Under the pieces are notes generated by a model. The model did no database searches. It had not been told where the DNA came from and saw only the letters and a list, made by a program, of their open reading frames with translations. The position numbers and the translations under genes are program-made. From a virus, in the IMG/VR virus record IMGVR_UViG_3300025101_002824, positions 50,085 to 114,084 of that record: a stretch of 64,000 nucleotides of DNA, one strand, 5' to 3'. Every line of letters begins with the position of its first letter. Position 1 is the stretch's first letter. Positions 49,201 to 58,600 of the stretch are shown piece by piece.

Positions 49201-52200
49201 TTGAAAATATAATTAAAAGAGATGCTGAGTTAATTAAAAATGAATTAGATCCAGAAACAGCTACAGAAGATAATATTATAGGCGGTAATTCAAACAGTAG
49301 TGGTCAAAGAACTAATAAAGGTAGATTATTTCAATTATCTCATAATGGTAAAAAATTATTATCAGTTTACAAACCAAGACAAAGAAATGTTCAATATGTA
49401 AAAGATCCAGCATTAGGAGAAGATACTAGAAATGCTATTAGACAAGGTAAACAATCTATAGTTTTAGCAACAGAAAAAAATGCAAACGAAACACAACTAA
49501 CTACAAATCAAGAAGGTCTTGTTGATTTCACTATTGTAGAAACACAACCTGTTGCATTATTAATGAAAAATGAAGGATCTATTATATCTAGTGAGTTAAG
49601 CACAGAAGAAACAGAAAATTTAATAGAACAGTTAGGACCTTATGTAAGAAAAGAAAGAGTAAAAGGTGTAAGAATGTATGGTTTTGTTTTATTTAGAGGT
49701 ACAGATGCAGAACAAATTTATTATACCTTTAGTCAAGATGTTGCTAAATTTTTTAAAGGTGAAACTCCATTAGTAAAATTTTCTTTTACTGATCCTATTA
49801 ATAATGAGTCAATAAAAACAACTATAACTACAAATGAAAGTGGTCAAGAAATTATAGATACAGAAGATATTGATACTACACCAGCTGAAACATTTGAACA
49901 ATTAATAAATGATGGAGCTACATTTGATGAAGCATTTAAAGCTATAGATGGAAAAAGAATTATTGAAGAAAGATTGCTTGCTGAAGTTAATGAATTTATA
50001 GAATTACTAAAAGAGTTTAAAGCAATAAATAAAATATCTGCAGATATTAGTCAAGGTTTAGGTGTTGTTATGGATGATACAAACACTGGAACTATTGTTA
50101 ATGATCTTGATATGGATAATCCTAATGTTTCTAAATTAATGGATTTATATAATTTAAAGCCAGGTGAATTAGAATTTAATTTAATGCAAATCTTTTTAAA
50201 TGATTATAAAAACACATTATCAATAAATGACATTCTATTAGGAGATCAAAGACTTTCTCTTAAAAATGCTATTGATGCTATTAAAAGAGCTAAAATGCAA
50301 AATGCTGCAGGTGTTAATGCTTATTCACCTGTTATAGCTCCAGAATTAGGTATAAATCATAGTAATGAAAATATAGATATGCTTCTTTATGAAGATAGTT
50401 TATATAGAAAAGAATTTGATAGAATACGTCAAGAAGACAAAGAATTAGATGAAGAGTTTGGTGAAAGAGGAGATGGTCAGTTACTTCAAACTACAAAAGC
50501 ACATAGATACATGCTTCATGGATTTGGAGAGTTAACACCACAAGTTGCAGCTGTATTAGATAAAATTGAAGCAGGTAAAGAAGTAGAAATAAATAATGAG
50601 TTTTTTGGATCATTAACTGCTGAATCATATAAACAAATGAATGCTATTATGAATTCACAAAAACTTGTTTATGGTGATGGTAAGGTATATTTAAAAATGT
50701 CTGCATTTACTTTAACTCCATTACTTACTTCTAGACAAGATGAAGAAGGAAACTTTACAATTCCTATTCCTGGAAGAGAAAAGCTACATAATTTACGAAT
50801 TAAAATGGAAGCTTGGGAAAAGGAAAATAATAGTATAATGATAGCTGTACCTGGTTCTGCATCTAAAATGATGAAAGCAAATATGGCTACTAACTTAAGT
50901 GCTTTTGATAATTCTACAATTAATGGTGGTAATGTAACAAACCTAAGCAGTAAGTTTATGCGTAAACAAATGGTTGTTCCTTCTAATAAAATAGAAATTG
51001 TTGATCCACGTCAAATAAAAAATCTAATTACATCTGAGCAAGATTTAAGTTCTAAAGTAATTTGGGATGGTGTACAATTTACAGTTGGTGATGTTGTTGA
51101 TTTATATCATCAAGCACAAGGAAATAAACTTGCTGTTAACTGGTTTGCAAAAAGAAATTTAACTTTTAATTTTGAAAAAATTCAAAATGATTTCTTAAAT
51201 CCACAGACAGCTGCTGGTATGACAATAGACCTAGCAACATTTTTAAAATTTGCTATAGCTGGTTTAACATCATCTCAAGCTAAAACAGATATGCTTGCAT
51301 ATTTTGAAATGAATCCAGATGGAACAGGTGAACCAACATTTAATTTAAATAATCAATTAACAAGAAAAAAATTCCAAACTCTGTTTATGAGTTATATAGC
51401 AAAAGGTACAATTTCTGCTAGACAACCTGGTATTAGTGCAGCTCTTGTTTCTGATGATGGTATACTATTTCCTAAAAGAGTAAAAAGAGTAGATGAAAAT
51501 GGTACACCAATAGAATGGGAAGTTATAAGAGAAAAGCAATGGGCTCAACTTGAATCTGAAGGTGCACGTGCTAAAATATCTAATCTTGGTCAACTTAGCG
51601 GATTACCAGAAGGGTTAGAAGTAGGTGATTATTTCTTTGATAGACTTAGATCAGATGTTATGATGTATAATGAAGATGGTACTGAGTCAGGTGTAGTATA
51701 TACTGAAGCTGTAATACCTCCACATTTTAAATCTATATTGCAAAATTTACCTGCTAATGCACCTATTCCTGATGTATTAGCAATGGCATATGGTATTAGA
51801 ATTCCATCTCAAGATAAACACTCTGCTGTAAATGTAAAATTTATAGATTTTTTACCTGTATATTATGGATCATCTGCAATGTTTGCCAGAGAGTTAGTTG
51901 AACTATCTGGAGCTGACTTTGATATTGATAAACTTTATATGCAAATAAAATCTTTCTTTGTTGATAAAGGAAAGTTTGTAGAATATGGTAAAGGTAAAAA
52001 TGAAAAAGAAAATTATAATCATTATTTAAATTGGGCTTTTGATCAAGCTAAAGAAAAAGGCACCCCAATTAGAGAAGCAATTGAAACTTATATGCTATCA
52101 AATCCAGAATTAAAATTTAATTTAACTGAGTGGAATAACATGACTCAAGATGAATTAGATGTATTAAATGATTCTGAAGTTATTACAAGAGTAGCAATGG

Positions 52201-55200
52201 AAAATGTTGGTTTACCAGTTACTGAAGAACAATATAAAGAATATAAGAAAAAATACAAAGGTAGAGAACCTTACAGTGCCGCTATAGATAATAAAATTCT
52301 TAATTATAAATTTATCTTACAAGGTAATCCTGGTATGATAAATCCAAGAAATGGTAGAGAATTAGGAGTAGCACAAGAGCCTGCAAATTTAAAACCATTA
52401 TCTGATGCAAATGCTGCAGAAATTTTAGGTGTAGAAAATGCTGGTGTTTGGGATTATATACAAGCTAAATTACCACAACTGGCTGAAATTGTATCTGAAG
52501 AAGATATTGATATAGATAATCTTAGAGGAAAGTTATTAGCATTTAAAGCTAATAAAGAGGGTGCTAAAAATATTGGTGCTGCTGTATCACCAAATTTAAC
52601 AATTAATTTAGCAAAAGAATTTGGTGTATCTGTAAGAACATTAAAAGATAAAAATGGAAATAATATTATTCCTGTTTTATCTATTGATGATATTGAATAT
52701 AGAGATTTTGTTGATTATACTATTGATCCTAAAACTGGCAAACCTGATGTTCAAGGTTATAGAACTCAATATGTTATATCTGCATTAATTACAGCAATGA
52801 CAGATAATGCTAAAGAAAGACTTGCAGATAAGTTAGGTTTAAATAAAACTGCTCTTGCAATGGTTACAACAATGACAGGATTAGGTGTTGACATTACAAC
52901 ATCAATACTTTTAGTTAATCAACCAGTTATAAGAGATTCATTTTTTAAAGCAATAAATAAAGATGCACCTACTGATCCAGGCATAAGAAAAATATTAGAA
53001 CTAAGAGCAGCTCAAATTTTTAAGTTTTTTGAAACAAAAAATAATAATAAGATACCTAAAACAAAAGTTACTAGAGCAATGTTAGAAGAAAAAGCTAATG
53101 CTCCTTATTCTTCAATTGATCCTCAACTAATAGCTGATGAAGATATAAATGAAGAATTATTATATAATCTATCAGAAGAACTTTCTACAATAACACAGTT
53201 TATTATTATGTTTGATCAAACTGAAGCTTTAAGAAATGTGACAACATTATTAAATCTACAAAAAACATTTGGTGAAGACTTATATGATGTTGAAAGAATA
53301 GCTGATGCAGCAAAAGAATTAGGATTTATGATGACTGATAAAGAGTGGGCTGGTAGTGCAAAAAAACCTAATTTAAAACCATTTGATTTTAGACCTGTAT
53401 TTTTAGAAAAATATAAAACAAAACCATCTTTACATATTAATGAATATAATGTATTTATTGAATCATATAATTATTTATTTCCAAAGTTATTTTTAGAAGC
53501 ATCTGAAAATTTTGTAGATCTTAAAAAGCTTATGATGGATAATATGATTAATATGTATAATAAAAAAGATGTTGATGCTCTTATAAATAATATCACAACT
53601 TATTTAAATACTTTAGCTTATCTACAATCTTATGTTAATGTTTCTGAAAATACTAAGGAAGGATCTTCTCAACAAACAACTCAGAATACTTTAAATAATG
53701 CTTTAATATATAATGGTGAAAATTTTGGTAATCCTACTAATTTAGATTTACACATATCACAAGTATTTAATAGATTGGTTAGAAATAAAAAAACATATAA
53801 TTATTTCTTAGATGATTTTTTATCTCTAAAATTAGCTACAAATGAAGATAACTGGACAGGTATAGATAAAGTTATAGCAAATAATTTTACTAAAATAAAT
53901 GATTCAGATACACAAAATATACAAAATTCATTTTTAGATTTATATACTGATCCTGATACTCATATTGATGCTATTGCATTAATGCACTATCTATTAGTTA
54001 AAGATGGATTTAATAAAAACAACCGTGGTACATTTATTGATTTTATACCAGCAGAAATAAAAAAGAACATATTAAATTCTATTGATTCTGTTCAAACATT
54101 ATTTAATGCTACAACTCAAACTGATGCTGCATTTAAAAGAGTATTTGGATTAACTAAAGCTGAATTGCGTACAGATTTAGTAACAAACTATTTAAAATCA
54201 ACCTCAGCTCAATTTCATGTTCAAGAACTTGATGCAAATACAAAGAAGAATACTCCAGTTTTAGAAAAGTTTGAAATAGTTACAGAAGAAATTGATATAA
54301 GACCTGGCGTTAAAACTATCTTACCTTTTGAACCAAAAGGAGAAACAATAATAGAAGATACTTCTGAGTCATCATATTTAAGCATGACAGCACCTAAACA
54401 ATTTAAATATTTAGGTAAAGTATATTTTAGTGTTGATCATGCATATCAAGTTAATAAATCAGGTAAATTTAATAAAGCTGCTGATAAAGACTATAGAGCT
54501 AAACAAAAAGCTGGTAAAATAGGAGGATATAGCAGAAATACAAAAGGTAAAGAAAATCCAACTTTATTAACTAGCTTGGTTAAAAGAGCATTTTTAGTAA
54601 ATTTAAATAAAACTCCAAAAGATTCTCCATCAACATATGGTACCATCTTAATAGAATCATCTGACTTTGCTATGTTAGGTATAAAACAAGATTTAGCAGC
54701 TGCATATGTAAAAGGATTAAAACAAGCACAACAAGAAATGATATACAGCAAAATAATGTTTGGAGAAAACGCTGGTGATTTTATATATATAACAAAAAGT
54801 GCATCAAAAGCAGATCAGCAAGAAAGACAAAAAGCACAAACTGATGTATTTGCAGTTGATGTAGATAAAGGTATTGTTACAATTAAAATGTATGCTGGTT
54901 TACCAACTGAATTTAATAATAAAGTTAAAACAGTAAGAGGTTCATTTAGTTTAAATCAAAAAGATAAATCTGTATCTGCTATTCTTAATGATAATTTACA
55001 AACATTAAATAGAAAAGGAATTAAAAATATTAAATCAACTATTTCTATTGGAAGAAATCAATTTATTCAAAAGAGACAATTAATTTTACCTATAATAGCT
55101 AGAAAAGTTATGAGTGATGGTAGAGTTGTTATGTTAGAATTAGTAAGATACCAGCAAGATGGTAAATATCAATCTGATGCTGAATTAGAAACATTATTAT

Positions 55201-55688
55201 CTGAAGGGCAAACACAAGTTTTAGGTAATTATGCTGAATATAAAATTATAGAAAATGGACCAAGCGGATCTAAAGATCAAAATCCAACAGGATTTGTTTA
55301 TGGTGACAGACCTTCTGAAGCTAAAATAAACAAATTTGAAAATGATAAACGTGATGCATTTGCTTTTGAAATCCCTGAAGCTGTTGAAGAATTAGAAGTT
55401 GAAGAAGCACCTACTGAAGAAACAGAAAACATTGAAGATATAGAAATTGATGTAGATGAAGAAACAAATACAGTAGAAAGATTAATGAATTTACAAAACC
55501 AATCAAATGATATTTTAGATGAATTAGAATTGACTAAAGATGCTATGATAGAATCTTGGTATAATAGTCTAACTAATGAAGAACAACAAAAAGTGGGGTC
55601 TAAGGATGAAATAATGGAAGCTTATTTATCATATCCAATAGATGCTAATGAGTTTATAGAAAATCTTAAAAAATGTTATCTTAAATAA
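40239..55688 (+). CDS. Giant virion RNA polymerase polyprotein (two-barrel, crAss-like)
   Basis: 5149 aa; catalytic SGADFDIDKLY (51915-51932) preceded by GIRIPSQDKHS; GDGQ motif near 50470; MTDNAKE; zincin HEAFH (46752); N-terminal hydrophobic helices. Confidence 0.92.
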   Translation: MAEETINLDFQPNVPDNSNINEAVDQTALNQGIITTPEITLNPPTGGYTPTSIPSVNVDFENIRDQLIIPNSGEPIQTTIDPTVVRGANGLANMMNSNPVIMDYPYNMDPNSRLFRSENVVDDPLGQTILDYNAPELNQTAVSNPIELQPLNFDKKATNYDRYNAPGFKHLFNKIGFHPYVDNETVYNANSTWWDENARMRGQWGRIFSTGFMSTYDAIADAFNGNYLSGDTDGADVFEDAMRIGNSSKSGIGAFTNNLMLNSGYTFGILANIAVEELALAGLEAITVGGATPIVASRTAYNIVRLGKAADKSLDVLKGAKSSANLVDKVEDAATARSFWQNAGRWTMNVMTPNTLKAIKEIKTTQNTAKALSLMAKTAKTAGGFYRDARMFNLAIAESKLEAGLVQNKLYNDLFHEYVAKYGSRPMGDDLKKINNTAQEAAFTTLMWNFPVIFFSNQFVLGTALRGFRGLSGVFGKTAGSLGNRIMRKTATKGAKEAAKTDVKILSKNRLKRIYERGLYGNLRNAGASLLRYSSANLAEGFQEITQEAIAVGAEDYYKNLYRDPAMGGLDAQMASIYSGAKSQMSGQGFEVFMSGFLMGGLVQGPQKLVFNGLPNLYSRFATPEEFAKQKEQEEEYLKEAKPILEEMYNNPQEYFDPNKINAMFQKEASQDMLNSTYDGDVRSFYDKKNALIFNHLYTAASLGKLGDFAQYLEDMSKLDDQMLAEAMPDQSADDIKSGKTRERLTEMSEKADDMRKAFDKLNEEIVNPFDPNLYKEGTREQREEAIRYAAFDHARKMAMFARDQFNNTAKRISSIYNTLSTDPIIAKMAANDIDVLTDIQSLISEINLLKNEIDIATRPTVVTEEVEDEKTGEKSIIEKEEIPELNTEESAALKSKQAKLIALQNIFNVITDPANVTEREIFSDAELEKIEDLTERSKERAARDQRVKIVEDLRKQILSTDVNRDVTLEAIVNIISDKNLMNSFGEFDVANRDKFKKVFVEYLDLLAKDLGDNIQSDKIDDYVDLILDSKSLTQRQQILSKAVRTILAPQNLVSLAERIEPRFKRAFEENKRNVTQRLREYLKVTKTNIWLNELSAIGVYPDHAELISYLEKNGPIPKTYYTENGLLNEADSQWEKANYIISAQENLTKEDKPKVQETEDIEDDIDYETNFVDEVDETDVEEERQNQEGDLFLKQKYIDYVKQSSASNKKYLQFSDWVNNKVSKKARRQAVAIEDIHQQVYSPLFLKNKNLPNFYDWLPTQSNNEKVLDILLFRNVSFYDILPNTESSQTFNESTVKSTDKVTKHKSGLNVTERSTVDKEDGKTKKVYFITDNNNNPIDSSAYTSKKDATLARNKKIKQKKKAPTFDFGNLKGLSKGTVLVKNGVLYTVGSTKEMVDNFGNFYVVESSKVGSRKAEDRIIIDNIEDANTYKEASPENINYIKDASKLKIEEAVKVNPTYDRTISDRVEQIEDGITKQQALLRKLDPEKIKTLRLRITVGPNQSELSRPIEEKGSFQFGTKNENVKIKKNAQLLSIEIYDEEGSYGYFQGPETVLFTDGQANPTRISPFELTESTVLDYFDIPNKMSAADALSIVQNNYAESYEIYKIFKEELKGRDIIETDLTNYPQLMLKLSEGSLTRSKSNPLITFDSLETMFVSEDTSNTIDGERPYFIMDYSRRYERPKNNKEKMKVQGAPITNIDQSSVLFENLMSEVDEFEANYDVLNRMGKYIAFVKLSNGKSAFVGLTAPVYSPESFNELLLEMQNEATRVAEKNVNKDGTVKNKTATKAFNEKIADTIYLAAEPGIYIELGISNVGQLSVKYTNMNLSKRSKNREARGFIGYDELMKFKDVQELINRLNEFVKPIYPTGFTLESIKTSVQKGENDIAILGTLETRFTPEIKNNFRLELRVDPNVVSIDQLLRNGLSTSMPDSSETIDKSTPKVDLTTEEKQDLVLNDYDNVDPNYALDIVKRDQAGEELTEFEKGVLENLPEDMVAGLIIQVQNERTENISNAEVALNQNYQGISFKAEEDLKTFVKRYYETRLVQIKGQNPEISESDILTTINAEMKDIETNPENPLYVGYQTLKKIQEDSDGKAFKITDNFDGNDIEDINTFTNWVRDNLNTDVINISVDNLQTNMINDNMLVGQFMLYVNNLQLAGEISVGTNNPFKYHEAFHAVFRMFLTESEIKRYLKAAKKDVLAKLRSEGKTLSNELAAFRKQHGLYAKLSRKQLEERYLEEFMADEFEAFKMKQKTNVSSETKSLFQKIIDFIKEILGFPGYKLNRLYKNIDAGKYKRAGIQENRFTTAASATPSIAYKSLTLGTKRIKTITDTSETFKTINNYMPSDDQHMIISSAANLFNMRKNNAVDAVDTAAMLDGAINDIIENYNPDRQFYKDKGAIWYIDNMSKIRNYYDSLIRQKDDVKELVRQRLEEINNAILVSQEELEQEEADLGDITVDQWDKTTEMIGGFESAPKLIRELIGSVNIPSQDMFGNKFIGSEENKERVVVGVNYSKVYDSILKATANEPDSKKMFKKLWVWSQGSNVETRAVVVEMFKQLGLLEAAQDGTLFDPAQPFPSMNSETGIKSTLFNTIVNAFENYTTPYLIQLVDSKTGVVQIFEANKADDAHNTLVQWAESFNRKYDEIRIVGSKQNKAASRALGQLAQFINLTSIPENINLIDRSVELSDLVFETTGMKFDSNYILFSLYNRLSDLNIEISEDQKLLFEINQFADPMSYEEIDLIIQSLNSGENLFLDNQELDIEEVDEATSEIQQYYEGGVKGRLRKIAVNNGYFAETVGASTFINEEGNRIYGHQRPTYHLVEIARMTTEDNYVENKQAEDSFLETNFLLNDDKFKSMQESGQIKLFRMSGQKNGVANLTAEGIIKENRGYNKGGRMGTKYGNFTPQQFIVSLINNYTANYNRVNPENSLIGSYVNTNGESVEFAIAPSLIRVIEASNTGDLVMLPVEKMIEFDAQGSINLTDEGYKIFENIIKRDAELIKNELDPETATEDNIIGGNSNSSGQRTNKGRLFQLSHNGKKLLSVYKPRQRNVQYVKDPALGEDTRNAIRQGKQSIVLATEKNANETQLTTNQEGLVDFTIVETQPVALLMKNEGSIISSELSTEETENLIEQLGPYVRKERVKGVRMYGFVLFRGTDAEQIYYTFSQDVAKFFKGETPLVKFSFTDPINNESIKTTITTNESGQEIIDTEDIDTTPAETFEQLINDGATFDEAFKAIDGKRIIEERLLAEVNEFIELLKEFKAINKISADISQGLGVVMDDTNTGTIVNDLDMDNPNVSKLMDLYNLKPGELEFNLMQIFLNDYKNTLSINDILLGDQRLSLKNAIDAIKRAKMQNAAGVNAYSPVIAPELGINHSNENIDMLLYEDSLYRKEFDRIRQEDKELDEEFGERGDGQLLQTTKAHRYMLHGFGELTPQVAAVLDKIEAGKEVEINNEFFGSLTAESYKQMNAIMNSQKLVYGDGKVYLKMSAFTLTPLLTSRQDEEGNFTIPIPGREKLHNLRIKMEAWEKENNSIMIAVPGSASKMMKANMATNLSAFDNSTINGGNVTNLSSKFMRKQMVVPSNKIEIVDPRQIKNLITSEQDLSSKVIWDGVQFTVGDVVDLYHQAQGNKLAVNWFAKRNLTFNFEKIQNDFLNPQTAAGMTIDLATFLKFAIAGLTSSQAKTDMLAYFEMNPDGTGEPTFNLNNQLTRKKFQTLFMSYIAKGTISARQPGISAALVSDDGILFPKRVKRVDENGTPIEWEVIREKQWAQLESEGARAKISNLGQLSGLPEGLEVGDYFFDRLRSDVMMYNEDGTESGVVYTEAVIPPHFKSILQNLPANAPIPDVLAMAYGIRIPSQDKHSAVNVKFIDFLPVYYGSSAMFARELVELSGADFDIDKLYMQIKSFFVDKGKFVEYGKGKNEKENYNHYLNWAFDQAKEKGTPIREAIETYMLSNPELKFNLTEWNNMTQDELDVLNDSEVITRVAMENVGLPVTEEQYKEYKKKYKGREPYSAAIDNKILNYKFILQGNPGMINPRNGRELGVAQEPANLKPLSDANAAEILGVENAGVWDYIQAKLPQLAEIVSEEDIDIDNLRGKLLAFKANKEGAKNIGAAVSPNLTINLAKEFGVSVRTLKDKNGNNIIPVLSIDDIEYRDFVDYTIDPKTGKPDVQGYRTQYVISALITAMTDNAKERLADKLGLNKTALAMVTTMTGLGVDITTSILLVNQPVIRDSFFKAINKDAPTDPGIRKILELRAAQIFKFFETKNNNKIPKTKVTRAMLEEKANAPYSSIDPQLIADEDINEELLYNLSEELSTITQFIIMFDQTEALRNVTTLLNLQKTFGEDLYDVERIADAAKELGFMMTDKEWAGSAKKPNLKPFDFRPVFLEKYKTKPSLHINEYNVFIESYNYLFPKLFLEASENFVDLKKLMMDNMINMYNKKDVDALINNITTYLNTLAYLQSYVNVSENTKEGSSQQTTQNTLNNALIYNGENFGNPTNLDLHISQVFNRLVRNKKTYNYFLDDFLSLKLATNEDNWTGIDKVIANNFTKINDSDTQNIQNSFLDLYTDPDTHIDAIALMHYLLVKDGFNKNNRGTFIDFIPAEIKKNILNSIDSVQTLFNATTQTDAAFKRVFGLTKAELRTDLVTNYLKSTSAQFHVQELDANTKKNTPVLEKFEIVTEEIDIRPGVKTILPFEPKGETIIEDTSESSYLSMTAPKQFKYLGKVYFSVDHAYQVNKSGKFNKAADKDYRAKQKAGKIGGYSRNTKGKENPTLLTSLVKRAFLVNLNKTPKDSPSTYGTILIESSDFAMLGIKQDLAAAYVKGLKQAQQEMIYSKIMFGENAGDFIYITKSASKADQQERQKAQTDVFAVDVDKGIVTIKMYAGLPTEFNNKVKTVRGSFSLNQKDKSVSAILNDNLQTLNRKGIKNIKSTISIGRNQFIQKRQLILPIIARKVMSDGRVVMLELVRYQQDGKYQSDAELETLLSEGQTQVLGNYAEYKIIENGPSGSKDQNPTGFVYGDRPSEAKINKFENDKRDAFAFEIPEAVEELEVEEAPTEETENIEDIEIDVDEETNTVERLMNLQNQSNDILDELELTKDAMIESWYNSLTNEEQQKVGSKDEIMEAYLSYPIDANEFIENLKKCYLK

Positions 55689-55694
55689 AAAACT

Positions 55695-58600
55695 ATGGCT
55701 ACGTGTTATAATAGAAATACAACTGAATATAAAGCATTACTTACAGAGTATAAAAGTTCATATACTGTGGACTCTATAATTACTGATTTTCAAAGAATGA
55801 ATAAATCTGAATCTATACCTTCTTTATCTGAAGCTAAAGATATGGTAGACACTCAAATTTTATTTAAAACAGCTAAGTCTAATAAGTTAGGTACTACTCT
55901 ATTAAGAAATTTAGCTAGTAAAGGGTTTATTCAAAGAATAGGTAACGATTATTTTATTGTTAAAAAAACAAAAAGTGAAGTAAGAGATACTCACAAGTTA
56001 ATTACTAATTACTTATCATTTAATGGATTTAAAAAAGATTCTATAATATTTAGAGGAACTAATAAGCCTGGAATGTTTAGAGCTGTTGTAAATGATAATG
56101 CATTAAAAAATGTTAATAATACATATATACAAAAAGATTCTATTAATTCTTTACCAGTATTACAACATTTAACTAAAATGTTTCCTCAGCTTAAATATGT
56201 TGTTCTTAATGCAAGTGATGCAAAAGAGTTATATGATAGAATACCATATTATAGAAAAAAAGATGTTGCTTGGAGTAATGTAAATTCTTTTATGTATGAT
56301 GGAAATGCTGTTTTAATTAAAGGTAGAGTAAATCAATCTACAGCAATTGAGGAAATGTTACATCCTTTTGTAGATGCCTTATACTTAGATAATAGAGCTT
56401 TATTTGATAACTTATTAGTAGAAGGATTAGAAGTTAATCCAGATTTAGCAAAAGAAATAAGTGAGGTATATGATCCTGAACAAGGTTTTGAATCTAAAGA
56501 CACAGCATTAGAATTTGTAACACAAATTGTAACACAACAATTTAATAAAGAATTAACAAATCCTAAAATAGGATTTCTACGTGCAATAAGAGAATTTTTA
56601 AATTGGTTTGCTGATATAGCTAAATCATTATATAGCTTCTTAACTGGTAAAAAATTAACTGTTAGTGCATTAAATTCAAATATGACACTTACAGATGTAG
56701 CTAAAATGTTAAATACACAAGATTTAAGTTTTGAATTAAATCCTACTGCATTGCAAGATGTAAGATATTCATTGGCACCAGAACAAAAAACTATATTAGA
56801 TACAATAAAAAATCAAGCTGCCACATCTGTTCAGTCTCAAATTGTTGATCAACTTTTTCATCAAGCTTATACTACAAAAACAGAATTAGATCAATTGGCT
56901 GCATCTAGAGTGCAAGAACAAGATGGTAAATTTATTAATGTTGATACAGGAGAAGTACTACCAAGTATACTTGATTCTCTTCTTGGTGTAAAAAATCATC
57001 CTTTGCAAAGTGTAATTTTTGATCAAGATACAACTTCTATTTTTAATGGTTTATCAGTAGGTGCTCCTTTTGATTCTGAAAAGATAGATCCACAATTTGA
57101 AGAAGTATACAAAATGATGTTAGCAAGAATGGAAGGCATGAGAGATGACCGTTCTATATTTCTTCCTAATGTTATTGTGTCAGATCCTGTAACAGGTTTA
57201 ACTCAAAAAATAGATTTATTAAGAGTAGATCCTTTTGGAAATATGCAGATTATAAATCTTAGTAACCGAGAACAATTTTCAGGAAAAGAATACAGTACTA
57301 CAAATCTTGATATAGGAGCTGATAGCATATTAGTTAAAAATAATATTCAGTCTACTATAACACCAAGAATGTTTGCTGGTTTGCAAATGGCTCTAACAAA
57401 AAGAATATTAGAAAATCTTGGGTTTATGGTTGATGAAGGAACTATGACTATAAATCTAGATAAAACAAAAGATGGATTTTTAGATGGTACAACATTACAC
57501 GCATCTTCTGAGAATAAATATATAGTTGATCAAATCATTCCTTTAGATATATCTGAAGAAAATAAAATGGTTGTTGATCAAATTATGGATCAAATGAGAA
57601 ACCCAGAAGAAATAGAAGATTGGGATTCTGATGAATATACAGAAGACATATTAGATTTTGCATCTGAAGAAAATAGACCTTTATATGATGCATTATTAAA
57701 AGCATTAAAAAATTATAGAGAAGGTTTAATAACAAAAGAACAAGCAATAAAAAATGCTAGAAGTGTGGTATCAATGGATAAAGGTAGACAAGGTATATTA
57801 CGTTCTATTAGTATGTCTAGATCTATGATTGAAAATAGTTTTTTAAATCCTGAAACTATTGATAAAGTATACATTGATTTAGTTAAAGAAAGTATTGATC
57901 AAATAGATGAATTTATTGATTATGTAGGTGATCCAGATAATTTTGGTAAAAAAGATTATATACAAAAAGTTTTAGCTTGGCAAAAATTTGTTGAGTCTTA
58001 TAGAGGATTAGCAACTATTGCTGAGACAAAAGGTTTATCAGCTACTCAAATAAGTTATATAAGTAAATTACAAAATAAATTAAATCAAATTGTAGGTATA
58101 GTTAGTCCAGACGGTACGGTTGTAGAAAGAGGTCAAATAGATATTGCTATTGAAAATTATGTAAGACAACTTGTTATTGATCAATCAAACCGTGATTTTA
58201 CAAATGATGAGTTAGATACTTTACTTAGTACAGCAAGAGACATAGGTTATGTAGAATATCAAACTGGTGATATGGCTACATCTAGAGATACTCTTCTTGC
58301 ATTAATGGATAAAATATTTAAAAGAAATAGACAAATAGTTTTAGATAAAATAGAATCTCATGCTCCAAGGATTAAGAGAGCTGCAATGAAACTTGCTAAA
58401 TTAACTGGATCAGAAAGAATAGATTATTCATTTATGATAGAGTTTGATGAGGATGGAAACCCAACAGGTAGATATGTAAAGAAAACTTCTAGTGCTTTTT
58501 ATGCTGAGTTAAATAGATTAAAACAACCTCTTATAAATGAGGATGGTAGTTGGAAAGAATTTATTGATGTTGAAAATCTTGAAGATGCTACAGATGAACA

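Noticed and set aside
29300-54760. ART plus NADAR as a cognate toxin-antitoxin pair
   Set aside because: They are about 25 kb apart; the E-x-E ART suggests protein-Arg targets whereas NADAR acts on guanine-ADPr, and the NADAR motif is degenerate. Reported as separate findings.
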